Shown: positions 19,401-25,400 of the stretch, piece after piece
Layout: each line of letters opens with the position of its first letter
How positions within the stretch are numbered: position 1 is the stretch's first letter
Source: Tepidisphaerales bacterium
GTDB taxonomy: Bacteria; Planctomycetota; Phycisphaerae; Tepidisphaerales; Tepidisphaeraceae
Direction: 5' to 3'
Length of the DNA: 64,000 bases
Assembly: GCA_044450885.1 (NCBI GenBank)
Contig: JBIOJL010000001.1
Coordinates: 446 to 64,445 of the forward strand
Made by a program: the position numbers and the translations under genes
The notes under the pieces: generated by a model
Told to the model about the DNA's origin: nothing
The model's input: only the letters and a program-made list of their open reading frames with translations
The model's database searches: none

Positions 19401-22400
19401 GCTTCTACCGCAACGGAACCCTGATCAGCGGCGGCTACGAGACCGGAACCAGTTACACGTTGGCCGCCCAGAGCGATGGCAGCTACAGCTTCACGGTGGC
19501 AGCCGTCGACGCCGCGGGCAACGTTTCGGCCTTGAGCCCGGCGCTGGCAGCAACCATCGATACGGTGGCCCCGACGGTTTCCGTCACGCCGCTGAGCACC
19601 ACCGACGCCACGCCTCCCTTGAGCGGGTCCGCCAGTGAGAATCTGGGGATGGCATCGGTCACGGTCGACGGCAGCACCTACTCCGCCATCGTCAACGGCA
19701 CGGCCTGGAGCCTCGCCGACAACACGATCAGCCCGCCGCTGGCCTACGGTGTGTACGACGTGGCCGTCACCGCGACGGACCTCGCCGGCAATGTCGCCAG
19801 CGACACAACCAGCAACGAATTGACGGTGGCCGTGGCGGCGCCCGCGACCCCCGACTTGATTGCTGCCTCCGATACCGGGGTCTCCTCCACCGACGACGTG
19901 ACAGCGTTGAACAACGCCTCGCCCGCCGCCGCCCTGACGTTCCTGATCGGCAATACCATCCCGGGTGCCATTGTCTCGCTCTATGCCAACGGTATGCTGA
20001 TCGGCAGCGCACTGGCGAGTGGCGACAGCACCGCCGTCACCAGCGACGGCGCCACCGTTCTGGCCGATGGCAAGGTGTCGCTGATCGCCCGCCAGAACCT
20101 GAACGGGCATCCCTCGGCCGACTCCCCTGCCCTGACGGTCACGGTCGACACGATCGCCCCCGCGTCCCCCGTCGCACCCGACCTGCAGGCGGCCAGCGAC
20201 TCGGGCATCAGCAACACCGACAACATCACCAACATCACAACGCCGACGTTCGCCGTCTCGGCCGGCCCGTACTTCCGCTTCTATCGCGACGGCATCCAAC
20301 TCAGCGGGGACTATCAGGCAGCGAGCACGTACACCCTAGCGTCGCAGGCCGATGGTACGTACAGCTACACCATTGCCAGCGTCGATGCGGCCGGCAACGT
20401 CTCGGCGCCGAGCGCACCACTCTCCGTGACCATCGACACCGTGGCCCCGCCCGCGCCGGTCCAGCCCGATCTCCAGGCCGGCAGCGACAGCGGCATCAGC
20501 AACAGCGACAATATTACCAAGGTCACGATGCCGGCGGTCGATCTGATTGCCTCCGAGGCGGGCACGTTGACGGTCACCCTGGACGGCATCGCTTTGGGCA
20601 CGGTCGCGGCCTCGGGAGCCGGCACCTATCCGATCATCGCGGGCCAGTCAGGATACGGGTTCGCCACGCCCGTTCCCTATGCCGTGGCCGGTAACCCGGC
20701 GCGCCTCGCGGTGGCGGACCTCAATGGCGATGGAAGACCGGACATTGTCACCGTCAACGGTGATTCCATATCCGTGTTGCTCAATCGCGGCGCGGGTTCG
20801 TTCCAGCCGGCCGTTACCACGGCCGTGACAGGCGCGGCCGATGTCGCGGTGGCTGACGTGAACCAGGACGGCCGGGCCGACTTGCTGGTGGCAGCGGGCA
20901 GCACGAATACGGTCGTGCTCCTGTTGGGCAACGGCGACGGCACGTTCCAGACCGCGCGCCTGGCGCTGAATTTCGGTGCTCCGGTCACTTCGGTGGCCGT
21001 CGCCGACTTCAACCTCGATGGCCGTCCAGACCTTGTGGTGGGCGGACCGGGGATTGCCGGCACGAAGGCACTGGGTACCTATATCGGGGATGGAACGGGC
21101 GGTTTCCTGCTCGCCGGGATTGTGAGTAATGCCAGTTCCGTGACGCGCCTGGCCATCGGCAACTTCGGAGGCGATGCGTATCCGGACGTTGTGGCCATCG
21201 GGTCGTTCGCGGTGCCCAGCGCCTGCGATTTCCTGGGGTATCGGGGCAGCGCCAGCGGGGTGTTAAGCTGGCGCGATGGCTGGGGGGGAACGACTGCCTA
21301 CACGTCTCTGGCGGCCGGCGACTTCAACAACGACGGCGTGACCGACTTCGTGGTTGGGTTGCCGAATGGAACGCTCGAATTGCACGCGGGATTCAGCGGC
21401 AACGTCGACACCGGCCATGTCTCGATGACGCCTTCCGCGGTCCCCACCAGCGCGGTCCTGGCCGACGTCAACGGCGACGGGAAAGCTGACATCGTCTGCA
21501 CCTCCCAGAGCAATTACCTCGACATCTTTCTGGCCTCCGGCGGCACTGGATACTATCCCAACTTTACCAGGCAAGTCGTCGCCGTCGCCACACCACTGGC
21601 CGGCCTGGCGCTTGGCGACTTCAACGCCGACGGCAGGCCGGATCTCGCCGCGGTCGCGCCAACCAGCGCCGCCGCCGACGTCTTCATCAACGGCGTGGCT
21701 CTCGTCGACGGAGTGCATACGGTATCGGTGCGACTGACCGACCTGGCCGGCAACATCTCGGCGCCCAGCCCCACGCTCTCCATCACGATCGATACGATCG
21801 CGCCCGCTTCCCCCGTCGCCCCCGTTCTTCAGGCCGCCAGCGACAGCGGCGTCTCCAACACGGACAACATCACCAACGTCACAACCCCGGCCTTCACCGT
21901 CGCCGCCGGCCCGTATTTCCAGTTCTACCGCAATGGCACGCGCATCAGCGGCACCTACCAGACCGGGACCGCGTACACCGCGCCTGCCCAGGCGGACGGC
22001 GCCTACACCTACAGCGTCACGGCCATCGACGCGGCCGGAAACGAGTCGGCCGCCAGCACGGCATTGAGCGTTACCATCGACACCATCGCCCCCGCCGCGC
22101 CGGCGGCCCCGGACCTGCAGGCAGCCAGCGACAGCGGCATCTCCAACACCGACAACATCACCAACATCACGAACCCGGCCTTCACGGTCTCGGCCAGCCC
22201 CTACTTCCGCTTCTACCAGAACGGCCTGCAGCTCAGCGGGGACTACCAGACGGGAACAAGCTACGCGCTGGCCGCACAGAGCGACGGCACGGTCGGCTAC
22301 GCCGTAGCGGCGGTGGATGCCGCGGGCAACGTGTCCGCTCTAAGCCCGGCGCTGAGCGTCACCACCGACACGGTTGCCCCGGAAGCCCCTGCGGCGCCGG

Positions 22401-25400
22401 ATCTGGACGCCTCGACCGACACCGGCACGAGCAGCACCGACAACATCACGGCCGCCACGGTCCTGATGTTCAACGTCACCGCCAGTCCATACTTCCGGCT
22501 CTTCCGCGATGGAGCCAAAATCAGCGGCGATTACGAGGCGGGTTCCACCTATACGACCGCGACTCAACCGCTCGGCACATTGAACTACGCAGTGGCCGCT
22601 GTTGACGCCGCAGGAAACCAGTCGGCACTTTCACCGGTTCTGCCGGTGACGATCAACTCGCTGACGGTCACGCTGCCGGCCAGCGGATGGGAAGGGCAAA
22701 CGCTCACCGGCGGCGGAACGGTGCAACTCGGCTCCGCGCCGACCGCGGATGTCGTCGTGGCGCTTGGATCCTCGGACACGACGGAACTGGCCGTGCCGGC
22801 GACCGTAACCGTCAAAGCCGGGCAGACGACCGCCACGTTCAACATCACGTTGCCCGCGGATGGTCTGCGCGACGGTACGCAGGCGGCGACGGTGACCGCC
22901 ACGGCAGCGGGGCTGATTTCCAGCAGCCCCAGCCTGGCGGTGCATGACGCCGATTTGGCTCGATTGACCTTCGATACGATCAGCGGACCCAAGACGGCCG
23001 TGGTGCCCTTTTCGGTCACCATCCGAGCCTGGAACATCGCCGACGAGGCGATCGCGGTCTACGTCGGCACGGCCTCCCTCAGTGCCGCGGGACAGGGCGG
23101 TTCGGTGGCGATGACTCCGGCCTCGGCGACGTTGATCGGGGGGACCTGGACTCACACCGTGACGTTGAACGCGGTCGATCCGGCCGTGACGCTCAGTGCC
23201 AGTGTGGCCGGGGTGACGGGCACGAGCAATGCGTTTGCCGTACAGGCCGGCGCGATGGCCGGCTTCCAGTGGGGAACGGTCAGTTCGCCACAGACAGTCA
23301 ACGCACCGTTTTCGGCCACGCTGACGGCGAAGGATGTCAACGGGTTCACGGCCACCAGTTTCAACGGCAGCGCTACTGTCAGTGGATGGACGGGCAGTTC
23401 CAACACGATGCTGGGCAACCTTGCTTCCACCAAAAGCAACGGTGATTATGCGTTCACTTCGGGCTACAGCTTCACTCCCACGCGGAACATTCTGGTTACG
23501 CACGTTCGCAGCTATTTCGGCGTCAAGGTCTGCATCTGGACCGACACCGGCACCCTGCTGGCCAGCCAGAACGTTTCCGGCCCTTCCATGACGTGGACTG
23601 AAACACCCTTGTCGTCCTCACTCCAGCTTGTGGCAGGCACGGCCTACCGCATCACCGTGTACAGCACGCAGAACTACTATTGGCGCAACGACGTGCCGGC
23701 CAACCCGTCTTTCGCGACCCTTGGCGATACCTGGGAGATTGATGGCGACCGGTTCCCGACGGGCCTGGACACGGGCGTATTCTGGCTCGTGGATCTTCGT
23801 GGCAACGTCGGCGCCGGCGCGCAGGTGCCCGTTGCTCCAACGACCGCCACATTCATCAACGGCCTCTGGAACGGCAACGTGACGGCGGCCCAGATCGTCA
23901 ACGGCATGTATCTGCACGCCGATGACGGCGCCGGCCACACCGCCGACAGCAATTTCTTCGACGTCGCCAGCCCTCCCATCCCGTCCGCTCCGGTGCTTGC
24001 CTCCGCGAGCGACACGGGCATCTCCAACAGCGACAGACTCACCAACCTCAACAACGCCAATCCCGCGAAGGCGCTGCAGTTCACCGTCGGCAACACCACG
24101 CCGGGCGCCACGGTCGCGCTCTATGTCAACAACGTGATGATCGGCAGCGCCGGCGCCGCTGCCACCACTACCACCATCACCACCAACGGCACAACCACCC
24201 TGGCCGATGGCAGCGTGTCCATCGTCGCCCGGCAGGCCATCGGCGGCGTATCCTCCGCCGACTCGCCGGCTGCGAGCGTCACCGTCGATACCGTGGCGCC
24301 TGCGACGCCGGTTGCGCCCGATCTGCAGGCCGCCTGCGACAGCGGTCTGTCCAGCACCGACAACATCACCAACGTCGCAACCCCGACGTTCACCGTCGCG
24401 GCCAGTCCCTATTTCCAGTTCTACAGGGACGGCACCCGCATCAGCGGAACTTACCAGACGGGCACTTCCTATGTCGCGCCTGCCCAGACGGACGGCGCCT
24501 ATGCCTATACCGTCACGGCGATCGATGCGGCCGGGAACGAATCGGCCGCCAGCGCCGCCTTGAACGTCACCATCGACACCATCGCCCCCGCGGTTCCTCC
24601 GGCCCCGGACCTCGATGCTTCCACCGACACCGGCGCCAGCGACACCGACAACATCACCGACGCCACGGTGCTGAAATTCAACGTGTCGGCCAGTCCCTAT
24701 TTCCGCGTGGTCCGCGATGGCACCAGAATCAGCGGCGATTATGAGGCGGGGTCCAGTTACACGACAACAACACAACCGCTGGGGACATTCAACTACGCGG
24801 TCATCTCCGTCGACGCGGCGGGCAATCAATCGGCGCTGTCGCCGGCCCTGCCGGTCACGATCACCGTCTTCGGCCCGCCGGCTCCGGTCCTCGCTGCCGG
24901 AAGCGACACCGGCGTCTCCAGCACGGACAGAATTACCCAATACAACAACAGTTCTCCCGCCAGCGCATTGGTGTTTACCGTCGGCCCGACAACGCCGGAT
25001 GCAACTGTGAACCTGTACTGCGACGGCATCCTGATCGGCAGCACGATCGCGACTGGAACCACGACGACCATCGCCACCGACGGGACGACATCGCTTTCCG
25101 ATGGGACTCACAGCATCGTCTGGCGCGAGCAGCCATCCGGCCAGGCCGAATCCGCAAACTCGCAGGCATTGCTGGTGACCATCGACACGATTGCTCCGCC
25201 CGCGGCCATTCCAGATCTGGATGCGTCGAGCGACACTGGGGTGAGCAGCACGGACAACATCACCAACGTCAGCGCGATGTATTTCAACGTCGCCGCGCCC
25301 TATTACAGCCTCTATATCGATGGAACCCTGGACGGCATGGTCTACCGCACCGGGCAGACCAGCGCCAGCATCGTCACCGACGGCACGCACCAGATCACGG

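Noticed and set aside
15347-25390. Long minus-strand ORFs inside the giant gene (15347-16657, 16787-17992, 19256-20299, 23618-25390)
   Set aside because: They are antisense to a motif-rich coding frame. Their translations are Arg/Gly/Asp/Val-rich low-complexity strings without motifs. This is the typical stop-codon-poor antisense artefact of high-GC DNA.
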